Shown: in pieces, positions 8,318 to 17,611 of the stretch
How the letters are laid out: each line of letters opens with the position of its first letter
Numbering within the stretch: the stretch's first letter is position 1
Origin: an uncultured Bacteroidaceae bacterium
GTDB taxonomy: Bacteria > Bacteroidota > Bacteroidia > Bacteroidales > JAADGE01
Direction of reading: 5' to 3'
Length of the DNA: 64,000 nt
NCBI GenBank assembly: GCA_964472505.1
Contig: CAYYQW010000013.1
Span: 247 to 64,246, forward strand
Position numbers and translations under genes: made by a program
Notes under the pieces: model-generated
Databases searched by the model: none
What the model was told of the DNA's origin: nothing
What the model saw: the letters and a program-made list of their open reading frames with translations, nothing else

Positions 8318-9547
8318 TTGAGCCAAGAACAAACATTAGATTTCGATAAGATTCTTACGGAAGCATATAATTACGAACTGCCTGAAGCACAAATTGCCAA
8401 ATTTCCGGCAGCCCGGCGAGATGCATCCAAGCTGCTGATATACCAAGAAGGAAAAATTGAACATACGGTTTTCAAAGGTTTGAGTGATTATTTGAGACCG
8501 GACGACTTTATGGTTTTTAATGAAACCAAAGTAATAAAAGCCCGCTTAAATTTCAGAAAATCAACCGGAGCAAAGATAGAAGTATTCTGCTTGGAACCAC
8601 ACCAACCTTCTGATTATGAACAAGCTTTTCAGTCAGGCAGCGGCTGTGTATGGAAGTGCGCAGTGGGCAATCTCAAAAAATGGAAATCCGGATTTATTCT
8701 TTCGGAAATGCAACACGATGGAAATCCGATTGAAATACGAGCAGAAAAAATAAGCCGAAACGAAAATACTGTTTTGGTAAAATTTCATTGGGATAAGCCC
8801 GAAATACAATTCGGTGACATTTTGGAACAAGCCGGCAAAACCCCTATCCCGCCCTATCTTAACAGAGAAAGTAATTCGCAGGACAGCCAAACATATCAAA
8901 CCGTGTATTCGCGAATCAAAGGTTCGGTAGCTGCACCAACGGCCGGCCTGCATTTTACCCCGGAAGTTCTGAACAAGCTTAAACAGAAAGGTATAGAATC
9001 GGCTTTTGTAAATTTGCATGTAGGCGCAGGAACTTTTAAGCCCGTAACATCCGAAACCGCCAAAGGGCACAGCATGCACTCCGAGCTGTTTTCCGTTGAT
9101 CTTCAAAACTTAAAACAGATTGCCGAAAAGGTCGGGAAAATAACTGCCGTAGGTACCACTTCGGTCAGAACTTTGGAAAGTTTGTATTGGTTTGGTGTAA
9201 AAGTTTTGCAAAACGATAAGCATTTGAATTTTCTTTCGCAAACCGAGATTAACGATTTACCGCAAAATATTTCCGCATCGGTTGCTTTTGAGGCATTAAT
9301 TGAATATACCGAAAACTCCGGAGCCGATGCATTTAAAGCTTCCACACAAATATTTATTGTTCCCGGCTATGAGTTCCGAACTATAAATAAAATGATTACC
9401 AATTTTCACCTTCCCAAAAGTACTTTGCTGATGCTCATAGGAGCTTTTACCGGCGATGATTGGAAAGAAATATATAGCTATGCTTTGCAAAATAACTTCA
9501 GGTTTCTGAGTTACGGCGACAGCTCTTTATTGATACCAAAAGCTTAA
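8318..9547 (+). CDS. queA: S-adenosylmethionine:tRNA ribosyltransferase-isomerase
   Basis: 409 aa with YELPEAQIAKFP, ESLYWFGV-type and TNFHLPKSTLLML motifs. The only usable in-frame start is the TTG at 8318. An ATG at 8301 is out of frame across an A5 run. Confidence 0.9.
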   Translation: MSQEQTLDFDKILTEAYNYELPEAQIAKFPAARRDASKLLIYQEGKIEHTVFKGLSDYLRPDDFMVFNETKVIKARLNFRKSTGAKIEVFCLEPHQPSDYEQAFQSGSGCVWKCAVGNLKKWKSGFILSEMQHDGNPIEIRAEKISRNENTVLVKFHWDKPEIQFGDILEQAGKTPIPPYLNRESNSQDSQTYQTVYSRIKGSVAAPTAGLHFTPEVLNKLKQKGIESAFVNLHVGAGTFKPVTSETAKGHSMHSELFSVDLQNLKQIAEKVGKITAVGTTSVRTLESLYWFGVKVLQNDKHLNFLSQTEINDLPQNISASVAFEALIEYTENSGADAFKASTQIFIVPGYEFRTINKMITNFHLPKSTLLMLIGAFTGDDWKEIYSYALQNNFRFLSYGDSSLLIPKA

Positions 9548-9553
9548 TACATA

Positions 9554-10333
9554 ATGAACAGCAAGCAAGATAAATTACAGGCATTCGAACGCATTCTGAC
9601 TATAATGGATGAGCTGCGCGAACAATGCCCCTGGGACAAGAAACAGACTAACGAAAGCCTTCGCCTGCTTACCATAGAGGAAACTTACGAACTGGCCGAA
9701 GCCGTTATGGATGATGATTCGGAAGAAATTAAAAAAGAGCTGGGCGACTTATTTTTACATATCATTTTTTATGCAAAAATCGGTTCCGAAAAACAACAGT
9801 TTGACATTGCCGATGTAATCAACAGTTTGGCAGAAAAATTGATTCGTCGGCATCCGCACGTTTACGGAGAAAATATAAATCAAAGCGAAGACGATATCAA
9901 AACCGGTTGGGAAGAAATAAAACTTAAAGAAAAAGGCGGCAATAAAACCATACTGGGCGGCATTCCGGCCGGATTGCCTTCTTTGGTAAAAGCGGTTCGG
10001 ATTCAGGAAAAAGCACGCAATGCCGGCTTTGATTGGGATGAGCGCCGGCAAGTTTGGGATAAGGTAAAAGAGGAAATTGCCGAATTTGAAGAAGCCTCGG
10101 AAAAGCACGATGAAAAAGAAAAGGAAGCTGAATTTGGCGATATCTTTTTCTCGCTGATAAATGCGGCTCGCCTCTATGGCGTTAATCCCGAAAATGCTCT
10201 TGAACGAACCAACCGAAAGTTTATAAAACGTTTCAACTACCTTGAACAGCAAGCAAAAGAAAAAGGCCGCTCACTTAAAGAAATGAGCCTGGCCGAAATG
10301 GAGCTTTTATGGAATGATGCTAAAGAATTTTAA
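9554..10333 (+). CDS. mazG: Nucleoside triphosphate pyrophosphohydrolase MazG
   Basis: 259 aa with tandem MazG domains carrying EExxE-type motifs (IEETYELAEAV, EEIAEFEEA). Confidence 0.9.
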   Translation: MNSKQDKLQAFERILTIMDELREQCPWDKKQTNESLRLLTIEETYELAEAVMDDDSEEIKKELGDLFLHIIFYAKIGSEKQQFDIADVINSLAEKLIRRHPHVYGENINQSEDDIKTGWEEIKLKEKGGNKTILGGIPAGLPSLVKAVRIQEKARNAGFDWDERRQVWDKVKEEIAEFEEASEKHDEKEKEAEFGDIFFSLINAARLYGVNPENALERTNRKFIKRFNYLEQQAKEKGRSLKEMSLAEMELLWNDAKEF

Positions 10334-10347
10334 ATTTTCAAAGCTAA

Positions 10348-11133
10348 TTAATAGCCTTGTTTTTCAAGCTCTTGCTTGGTAGCTTCATAGCCAATCTTAA
10401 AAACTTTTTTTGCTTTTGAATTATCCAGAATATCGTAATTGGAAAGTCTTTCGGTACGAACCACAATGTCACAGTTTTTTACACTCTCAATTACGGTAGA
10501 AAGTACACTCAGTTGAAATACTCGCTTGGCAACTGAAACTGCATTTTTGATTGTATCCTCCGGGCGTGCAGTTGAAACGAGTACACCGATTATCAAATCA
10601 CATTCATCTTGCAGGGGAACTACCGGCAAATTATTCATCACACCGCCGTCCACATACAAATCGCCGTCAATCTCTTTGGGACTAAATAAAATCGGAATAC
10701 TGGACGAAGCAATTACACGCGGAACCGCTTCACCTTTATCAAAATAGTGCATTTCTGCTTTATTCAAATTGGTAGCGCCCGCATAAAACTTAATCGGGAA
10801 ATCCTCAATTTTTTTTTCTTTCAGATGCTCTTTCAGCAAACTTTCCATTCCGCCCAATGATAATAAACCTTTGTGAGGTAAAGCAAATTTGGCTTGGTTG
10901 GATAGTTTTGCATCCATAAAGATATCTAAAATAGTTTCCGGTTTTAATCCCGAAGCATATAATGCGCCCGCAATGGCTCCGGCACTTACTCCGGCAACTG
11001 TGTCGGGTTTCAGGCCGGCTTCTTCAAGTGCTTTAAGTGCTCCAAGATGCGCTATACCTCTTGTTCCGCCTCCGCTTAATGCGACTCCGATTTTCTTTGT
11101 TTTGTTGTCTTTTGACATTTTTTTTTTAATCAT
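10348..11133 (-). CDS. Patatin-like phospholipase family protein
   Basis: Oxyanion motif SGGGTRG, lipase serine GVSAG, and catalytic Asp in YVDGG. Confidence 0.88.
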   Translation of the reverse strand: MIKKKMSKDNKTKKIGVALSGGGTRGIAHLGALKALEEAGLKPDTVAGVSAGAIAGALYASGLKPETILDIFMDAKLSNQAKFALPHKGLLSLGGMESLLKEHLKEKKIEDFPIKFYAGATNLNKAEMHYFDKGEAVPRVIASSSIPILFSPKEIDGDLYVDGGVMNNLPVVPLQDECDLIIGVLVSTARPEDTIKNAVSVAKRVFQLSVLSTVIESVKNCDIVVRTERLSNYDILDNSKAKKVFKIGYEATKQELEKQGY

Positions 11134-11174
11134 AAAAGTATATTGTTTTTTTGAATGAGCAAAACAATATCAAT

Positions 11175-11202
11175 AAAAAACCGGCAGCTAAAGCCGCCGG
11201 TT
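11175..11202 (-). terminator. Intrinsic terminator downstream of the DUF2807-like gene
   Basis: Stem ACCGGCAGC / GCCGCCGGT with loop TAAA. On the minus strand it is followed by 6 U (A-run 11175-11180). Confidence 0.6.
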
Positions 11203-11243
11203 ACTATCTGATAAAATCTGCTAAAGTATTATGAGAAGACTTA

Positions 11244-11969
11244 TTAATCGACTGATTTTATCCTGCCGATTCCGTTTCTGTCAAAATCGGTAGTTGAAGG
11301 CGTTCCTTTATAGCTTACCGAGCCTGCTCCGTTTATTTCAGTTCTTAGAGTTTTTGAAGCATAGACTTCGCAATTGCCGGCACCGTTAATTTCTATACGG
11401 GTAGTTTCGGCAATAAACTCATAATTAGTTACATTTCCGCTGCCGTTGATTTCAATATAGTGCTTAACCGATTTTCCGGTCAACGATACATTTCCGCTGC
11501 CGTTGATATATACATTGGTTTCTTGGTTATCTAAGTCCAATTCAAGCGTTCCGCTTCCGTCGATGTGGAAATCTGTTTGAGCGGATGCAAAAGTGCCTTT
11601 GCCCACAACCTTATTGCTTCCGCTGATTGTAAGCGATTCTAATACAGGCAGAGAAATATGCATGCTTACATCTTTAATGTTTTGAAACATAGAAGGTTCA
11701 ACTGAAATTGTAAGGACCCCGTTTATGATTTCTGTCTCAATTTTATCCAATATTTTTTCCGGAGCATCAATTTCTACAGCGAACTCATCGGATTGTTTTA
11801 AGAATACTTTACCGGGAACCCGTAATTCTATTTTACTAAACTCGCCGGTTTCGTAGGTTGCATGCTCTGTTTCACCTTGTCCGCAAGCGGAATCGCTACA
11901 CGAGATTGAGCCCGCATAGAATAAAGCAAAAATAATAACCGTACTGATTGAAGAAAAAATGTGTGTCAT
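11244..11969 (-). CDS. DUF2807 / head GIN domain-like beta-helix lipoprotein
   Basis: Start taken at MTHIFSS (11969), giving a signal peptide and a Cys lipobox. It has repeated INGSGN/INGAGN beta-helix rungs. The upstream 42 codons of the track ORF look non-coding. Confidence 0.75.
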   Translation of the reverse strand: MTHIFSSISTVIIFALFYAGSISCSDSACGQGETEHATYETGEFSKIELRVPGKVFLKQSDEFAVEIDAPEKILDKIETEIINGVLTISVEPSMFQNIKDVSMHISLPVLESLTISGSNKVVGKGTFASAQTDFHIDGSGTLELDLDNQETNVYINGSGNVSLTGKSVKHYIEINGSGNVTNYEFIAETTRIEINGAGNCEVYASKTLRTEINGAGSVSYKGTPSTTDFDRNGIGRIKSVD

Positions 11970-12048
11970 AATATTATAATTTGGTTGTTTATAAACTATC
12001 TGTAAAACGAACCGACACCGTAAAAAGTTACAAAAAAGTTTTGTACAG

Positions 12049-12072
12049 AAAAAACCCCCGCTCTCGCAGGGG
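12049..12072 (-). terminator. Intrinsic terminator downstream of the T9SS CTD remnant
   Basis: Stem CCCCCGC / GCAGGGG (12055-12072) with one mismatch. On the minus strand it is followed by 6 U (A-run 12049-12054). Confidence 0.5.
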
Positions 12073-12196
12073 CAAAAAACCAAATTATTAACCAAAAAAA
12101 ACTAAACTAAAAAACCATCTCTTTTATTTAAGATATTAATATCCAAAATTACAATATAAAAAATTAAAAAGCAAGTTTTCTTTAAAAAAAGACAAA

Positions 12197-12529
12197 TTAA
12201 TCTGTTTTAACCATAATTTTTGAAGAAATTTTTCTGCCGTCCAATATCAAGGTGTAAAAGAAAGTTCCGGATGAAACCAAAGATTTGTTTACCGTAAAAG
12301 AGCCGTTTCCTCTCTCATTAACAGGTGTTTCCGAAAGTTTAACTCCATGAATATCAAAGATTGCCAAACGTGCATCCTGAACCTTTTCGGGAATGAAAAA
12401 CGGAATTTTTGTTTCGGATATAAACGGATTGGGTGTATTTTGAAAAAAACGAGCACCGGCATATTCTATATTGTTTACATTTGTTTGGCCTTCGAGTGCA
12501 GCTGTGTTGAATTGAAAATAAAAAAGACT
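12197..12529 (-). pseudogene. Orphan T9SS (Por) C-terminal sorting domain fragment with no start codon and no passenger domain
   Basis: My minus-strand translation is ...FFQNTPNPFISETKIPFFIPEKVQDARLAIFDIHGVKLSETPVNERGNGSFTVNKSLVSSGTFFYTLILDGRKISSKIMVKTD*. This fits the type-A CTD pattern (NPF, IxFxL, LxIxDxxG, GxYxYxLxxDG). The frame opens only at 12529, after an in-frame TAA 29 nt from the tRNA. Confidence 0.75.
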
Positions 12530-12560
12530 TTACATCTGCGTAAAGCCTTGATACTCTTTG

Positions 12561-12634
12561 TGAACCCGGAGGAATTCGAATCCCCAACCTCCTGATCCGT
12601 AGTCAGGTGCACTATCCAGTTATGCTACGGGTCC
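12561..12634 (-). tRNA. tRNA-Arg (anticodon ACG)
   Basis: Cloverleaf folded by hand. The acceptor stem is GGACCCG/CGGGTTC, the D arm GCAT..GTGC, and the anticodon arm CCTGA CTACGGA TCAGG. The T arm is GGGGA TTCGAAT TCCTC, the discriminator is A, and CCA is not encoded. Confidence 0.9.
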
Positions 12635-12649
12635 CTTTTTTTGAGATTG

Positions 12650-12657
12650 CAAAATTA
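12650..12657 (-). promoter_or_regulatory. -7 promoter box TAATTTTG for tRNA-Arg
   Basis: TAnnTTTG match, 15 nt upstream of the mature tRNA 5' end. Confidence 0.4.
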
Positions 12658-12745
12658 AAACTTAAAAATTCATAAACAAAGAAATATTACATTTTTTTTA
12701 TTTGTGATTTTTTGTCATTTTTCGAATCATTAAAAAAAACTTTAG

Positions 12746-12753
12746 TAAATTTG
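12746..12753 (+). promoter_or_regulatory. -7 promoter box TAAATTTG for the AsmA-like gene
   Basis: TAnnTTTG match, 25 nt upstream of the ATG at 12779. Confidence 0.4.
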
Positions 12754-12778
12754 ATGTAAATAAAAATATACTGAAACC

Positions 12779-15586
12779 ATGAAAAAAACACTTAAAATAA
12801 TCGGTATTATATTAGTAGTTATAATTGCTTTTCTAATAGCATTTCCTTTTCTTTTTAAGGGGAAAATTATAAAAACCATTAACAAGGAAGCCAATAATAA
12901 TTTGAATGCCGTGTTGCATTTTGATGATGCGCATCTGTCACTTTTGCGTGATTTTCCGAATTTCAATTTGCGAATATATAATTTGAGCCTTGCCGGAAAA
13001 GATACTTTTGCACAAGATACTTTGGTGAAATTTGCAAGTTTTGAAGCTGAACTGAATATAAAAAGCGTAATTTCAGGTGATCAGATAGAAATTAATAAAT
13101 TAATACTGGATAAGGCAAACATTCATGCCCGAATATTGAAAGACGGAACCGCCAATTGGGACATTATGCTTCCGGATACGGCCAAAGAGGAAGAAGAAAG
13201 TATTGAGCCCGACACAACGAGCAGTTCTCCAATGGTTTTGAAACTTAAAAAGTTGGTTTTAAAGGACAGCAGAATTATTTATGATGATAAAGAAACGGAC
13301 GTTTTTGCCGATACGGAAGGCCTAAATTTTGAATTATCCGGTGATCTGACTGAAGATTTAAGTAATTTGGATATTCGCACAAGCATAAAGCAACTTACCG
13401 TAGAATCAGAAGGAATTGCTTATCTGTATAAAATAAATACTGAGTATGAAGGCATTATAAATGCCGACCTGAAAAACTCCGTTTATACCTTTAAAGAAAA
13501 TTTTTTAAGCCTGAATAAAGTGCGCATGGAATTCAACGGAGAAGTAGCCATGCCGGACAGCAATATAGTAATTGATATTATTTTCAACACGCCGGATACT
13601 AATTTCAAAAATGCCCTCTCGCTTATACCTCAAATCTACCAAAAAGATTTCGAGGGCGTTCAGGCGAATGGTATCTTTAGTTTAACGGGCTTTGTGAAAG
13701 GAACATACAACAGTGTGAATATGCCCGGCTATGGTGTGGATTTATTGGTGGAATCGGCCAATTTCGGCTATCCCGACTTGCCCGAGTCCGTGGAAAATAT
13801 TAATGTCGTTATGAACGTGAAAGCCCTTGAAGGTTCCGGGGATGATATAACTGTTGATATTCAAAAAGCGCATTTAGAATCAGCCGGAAATCCTTTTGAC
13901 GCATCAATCTATGCCGCCATGACTGCGAAAGATACGCATGCCCGCGGTTCAATTAAAGGCACCATCGATTTTAATTCCGTAAAAGACCTGATTCCTTTAG
14001 AAGATACAAAAATAGCCGGCATACTAAAAACCGACCTGAATTTCGACGGTATGCTTTCGGATATTGAAAACGAAAACTATGAAAATTTTAAAGCTCAAGG
14101 TTATTTTAATCTTACCGGTTTTGAAATGGAAGGCCCGGATTATCCGCAAATACTGATATCGGAAGCCGATATGAATCTCTCTCCTCAATATATAGCCGTG
14201 AATACCTTCAAAGCTCAGTCGGGCAAGAGCGACTTTAATCTCAGCGGTCGAGTGGATAATATTTTGAATTATGTTTTCTCAGACGATTTACTCTCCGGAA
14301 GTTTTACATTCAAATCCTCACTTATTGATGCCGATGAATTGGCCGGCCTTGATGAAACGTCCGAACAAAGTGATGCAAGCGAAACGGATGAGCCTGAAAC
14401 CGCTGAAACAGCATCGGGCGAGGAAATTATACGTGTTCCGCAAAATATAGATTTTGTTTTGAATTCCGAAATTAGCAAAGTATTGTACGACGGAATGGAA
14501 ATTAATGATCTGAAAGGAAAAATTGTGATAAAAAACGGAACACTCGCTATGGAAAATATCCAAATGCAAACCCTTGGCGGACGAATAGGGATGGACGGCT
14601 CATATGATTCAAAACCCGAAAAACCTTTTGCGGATTTCCGGATGAAGTTGTCAGGCATTGATATTCAGGCTTTATTTAAGCAATTCGTTACCGTTCAAAA
14701 AATAGCGCCTATTGCCGAATACAGCACCGGCAATATTTCAGCCGACATACAATTTAACAGCTCGCTCGATAATGAAATGATGCCGAACTACCCCACCCTA
14801 AACAGTACGGGAAATCTGCGCTCATCTGAAATTGGAATACAAAATAACAGCCTGTTTACTGCTTTAGGAGATAAAACTAAGATTGAAGCCTTTAAAAACC
14901 CGACCCTCAAAGATGTAAGTTTGAACTATGAAATAAAGAACGGAAATTTGGAGCTGAAACCTACTGATTTTAAGGTGAAAGATTCCAAAATGCAAATTGC
15001 CGGTACACATAATTTGGATAAAAGCATTGATTTTGATTTGAATATTGAAGTACCTTCAAAATATGCCGATAAATTGTTTGCCAAGCTGCCGGCTCAAAAG
15101 CTACCCGCTACCATTGAAACTGAAGTGAGCATAGGCGGTACTTCCGACAATCCGAAAATTACGGGCGTTAATAATAATCTGGCCGACGGACTGAAAGATA
15201 CGGCAGAGGAAAAGATTAAAGAAGTAAAAGAAGACTTGAAAGCAGAAGCACAAAAAATAATAGATGATGCTCAAAAGCAAGCTGACCAATTAATAGCAAC
15301 TGCCAAAAAGCAAGGCGACAATTTACGTGCTGAAGCAAAAAAAGGCGGAGAAAAATTGATTTCCGAAGCCGAAAAGCAAGGTGAAAAATTAATTGATCAA
15401 GCTAAAAACCCCATTCAAAAATTAGCCGCTGAAAAATCGGCTGAAAAACTGGTTAATACAGCTAAAGATCAGGCAAAAAAATTAGAGCAGGAAGCCGATA
15501 AAAAGGCAATAGTTTTAGAAGAAAAAGCCCAAAAAGAAGCAGATAAAATAACGGAAACTGCCCGTAATAAGGCAGAAAACTTATAA
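12779..15586 (+). CDS. AsmA-family outer-membrane biogenesis/lipid-transfer-like protein with a K/A/E-rich helical tail
   Basis: 935 aa with an N-terminal membrane anchor and the AsmA-like opening (FLFKGKIIKTINKEANNNLNAVLHFDD). It has a long beta-rich body and a C-terminal amphipathic repeat region of about 120 aa. Confidence 0.8.
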   Translation: MKKTLKIIGIILVVIIAFLIAFPFLFKGKIIKTINKEANNNLNAVLHFDDAHLSLLRDFPNFNLRIYNLSLAGKDTFAQDTLVKFASFEAELNIKSVISGDQIEINKLILDKANIHARILKDGTANWDIMLPDTAKEEEESIEPDTTSSSPMVLKLKKLVLKDSRIIYDDKETDVFADTEGLNFELSGDLTEDLSNLDIRTSIKQLTVESEGIAYLYKINTEYEGIINADLKNSVYTFKENFLSLNKVRMEFNGEVAMPDSNIVIDIIFNTPDTNFKNALSLIPQIYQKDFEGVQANGIFSLTGFVKGTYNSVNMPGYGVDLLVESANFGYPDLPESVENINVVMNVKALEGSGDDITVDIQKAHLESAGNPFDASIYAAMTAKDTHARGSIKGTIDFNSVKDLIPLEDTKIAGILKTDLNFDGMLSDIENENYENFKAQGYFNLTGFEMEGPDYPQILISEADMNLSPQYIAVNTFKAQSGKSDFNLSGRVDNILNYVFSDDLLSGSFTFKSSLIDADELAGLDETSEQSDASETDEPETAETASGEEIIRVPQNIDFVLNSEISKVLYDGMEINDLKGKIVIKNGTLAMENIQMQTLGGRIGMDGSYDSKPEKPFADFRMKLSGIDIQALFKQFVTVQKIAPIAEYSTGNISADIQFNSSLDNEMMPNYPTLNSTGNLRSSEIGIQNNSLFTALGDKTKIEAFKNPTLKDVSLNYEIKNGNLELKPTDFKVKDSKMQIAGTHNLDKSIDFDLNIEVPSKYADKLFAKLPAQKLPATIETEVSIGGTSDNPKITGVNNNLADGLKDTAEEKIKEVKEDLKAEAQKIIDDAQKQADQLIATAKKQGDNLRAEAKKGGEKLISEAEKQGEKLIDQAKNPIQKLAAEKSAEKLVNTAKDQAKKLEQEADKKAIVLEEKAQKEADKITETARNKAENL

Positions 15587-15600
15587 AAATAGGAAACGCA

Positions 15601-17016
15601 TTAATCCGGACGCCGGATTTTTCCGCGAAAATAGGAAAAATAGATACCAAAAATACTGATAAGTGAAAAGCTGACAAAGCCCCATTTAATCACTTTCATA
15701 AATAAAGCGTCCGGAACTGCTTTAATGCTTTGGTCTCCCAATATGCCGGCAATGAATAGTGTGGCAACGGTCATGCTGAATATTTGGCCAAGCACACGCA
15801 TGGTTGCGGCCGAACCCGAAGCCAAGCCGTATTGTGTTTTGTTAACCGAACCCATAATGGTATTCATATTGGGCGATGAAAACAGAGCAAAGCCCAGTCC
15901 TACCCAAAGTAACAAGCTAATAATTATCCACAATGGGCTTGAGGCAGATAAAAATGCGAATGCGGCCAAACCAACCGTACACATACTCATACCCAAAGTG
16001 GAGATATAGCGCGGCTGAATTCTGTCTGAAAGCCGCCCGGCACTTGGCGAAAATATAGCCATCATAATTGGTTGAGCTACCAAAATAATTCCGGCATCGC
16101 GCGGTGACAGTCCTTTAATTTTTTGCAAATACAGACTCAGCAAAAAAACAATGGCAAATGTGCCACTGTAATTTATTAAAGCAGCCAAATTGGAGTAAGC
16201 AAAAAGTCTGTTTTTTGTAAACAGCTTGGTTTGTATAACGGGTGCGGATGAGCGGCTTTCAAAAAGCCAAAAAGCCATAAGCGCCGGAATCCCGGCAGCC
16301 ATTGCCAACCAACCAATGGTTTCGGGAATTCGTGATGAACCGTAAACCAATGCTACCAATGCGAACATATAAAAAGCAGTCCCTTTTAAGTCAATATTCC
16401 GGTTTTCGTTATCAGATTTTTTATCTTTTTCTAAATAAAGAAACGCGATGATACTTGTAAGAACACCCAAACCTGCAGAAAAATAAAAAATGGAACGCCA
16501 GCCCAAATATTGGGTTAAGATGCCGCCTGCAAAAGGCCCGACGGCCAAGCCGATATATACGGCAGCAACGACAATACCTAAAACCCGGCCACGATGTTTG
16601 GGTAAAAAAGCAGAAACTAAAATGGCCGGCCCGGTGGTGCTTGTAAATGCACCTCCGATACCTTGGATATATCGGGCAAAGATTAGCCAAAATCCCGAAA
16701 CGGCTGTTGCGCAAGCCAAAGATGCAAGCGTAAATATTATAATGCCTATTTTAAAAACACGCCGTATTCCTGTTAAATCTCCCAAACGCCCAACCGGCAA
16801 AAGAAACATAGCCGTTGCCAACAAAAAAGAAGTAACCGTCCAACTGAGTGTTACCGCATTAAGTTCGAAAGTTTTTTCAATATCCGGCAAAGCGATGTTT
16901 ATGGATGAAATTAAAAACGATCCCATAAAAGCTGTTATGGCAACGATGCCGATAATGGAAATTTGTCGGTTTGAAAAACACATCTTTTTGTAATATAAAT
17001 AATTATAAAAATGCAA
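15601..17016 (-). CDS. MFS transporter, DHA2 (EmrB/QacA-like, 14-TM) type
   Basis: 471-aa polytopic ORF with the MFS motif GRLGDLTGIRRVF. The true start may be the Met at 16983. Confidence 0.85.
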   Translation of the reverse strand: MHFYNYLYYKKMCFSNRQISIIGIVAITAFMGSFLISSINIALPDIEKTFELNAVTLSWTVTSFLLATAMFLLPVGRLGDLTGIRRVFKIGIIIFTLASLACATAVSGFWLIFARYIQGIGGAFTSTTGPAILVSAFLPKHRGRVLGIVVAAVYIGLAVGPFAGGILTQYLGWRSIFYFSAGLGVLTSIIAFLYLEKDKKSDNENRNIDLKGTAFYMFALVALVYGSSRIPETIGWLAMAAGIPALMAFWLFESRSSAPVIQTKLFTKNRLFAYSNLAALINYSGTFAIVFLLSLYLQKIKGLSPRDAGIILVAQPIMMAIFSPSAGRLSDRIQPRYISTLGMSMCTVGLAAFAFLSASSPLWIIISLLLWVGLGFALFSSPNMNTIMGSVNKTQYGLASGSAATMRVLGQIFSMTVATLFIAGILGDQSIKAVPDALFMKVIKWGFVSFSLISIFGIYFSYFRGKIRRPD

Positions 17017-17066
17017 AATTAAAAAACAGTCTGAGAAATCGGAATGTTTTATTTGTATTAAAATAC

Positions 17067-17091
17067 CAAAAGGCGGACAGTTCCGCCTTTT
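17067..17091 (-). terminator. Intrinsic terminator (bidirectional appearance) after the 17126-18448 gene pair
   Basis: Perfect stem AAAAGGCGGA / TCCGCCTTTT with loop CAGT. T-rich tracts follow on both strands. Confidence 0.65.
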
Positions 17092-17125
17092 GAAAAAATA
17101 ATGAGTTTACGAAATGTAAATACAG

Positions 17126-17566
17126 CTAATTCTTAAAACCGACAATGACTACCAAGCAGCCGGTTTGTGTATTATTGGAATCTTTAGGATCAGGAAGTGT
17201 AGCCGAAATAATTAAGTTTTGATTTGACTGAGAGGTGAATTCCCAACTGTGCGTATTTCCATTTTCGGAGCTGTCGAAGAGTACTTCTTTTTGAAAATTG
17301 ACTACTTTAAACTTTGGAGCCGGCAGATTATCGGCTCCTACTACAACAATTTTGTAGGTTTTCCCTTTAAAAAATGATTTATAAACATCCATATTATCAC
17401 CTTCGCTTAAAGGCAAAGCACTCAAGCGTCCTTCGGGTATATACATGGATGTATCTAAAACAGTAAAGCCTTTAGTTTTTGCAAAATTAAGGCATTGGGC
17501 ATTAAGGTTTCCGCCGGTGAAAGCAAAAACGGATAACAGTATAATAAGTAATTTAATATTTTTCAT
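17126..17566 (-). CDS. Hypothetical secreted protein
   Basis: Start taken at MKNIKLLIILLS (signal peptide). No recognisable domain. It is 27 nt downstream of the preceding lipoprotein gene. Confidence 0.65.
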   Translation of the reverse strand: MKNIKLLIILLSVFAFTGGNLNAQCLNFAKTKGFTVLDTSMYIPEGRLSALPLSEGDNMDVYKSFFKGKTYKIVVVGADNLPAPKFKVVNFQKEVLFDSSENGNTHSWEFTSQSNQNLIISATLPDPKDSNNTQTGCLVVIVGFKN

Positions 17567-17611
17567 ACGTAGAAAATTTCTCAATTAACGAAAAAATTTA
17601 ACAATATATTT

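Noticed and set aside
12506-12516. The TIR-like TTGAATTGAAA at the 5' boundary of the T9SS CTD remnant, which hints that the MITE family caused the truncation.
   Set aside because: Only the 7-9-nt core matches, and such 7-mers are expected several times by chance. There is no second end and no internal similarity.
12347-12595. Track ORFs 12347-12595 (+) and 12354-12587 (-).
   Set aside because: Both overlap the tRNA-Arg gene and the T9SS CTD remnant in the wrong frames, so they are artefacts.
12049-12778. A genomic island or prophage integrated at tRNA-Arg.
   Set aside because: There is no integrase, no direct repeat of the tRNA 3' end, and the flanking genes are ordinary. Only a deletion or recombination scar can be supported.
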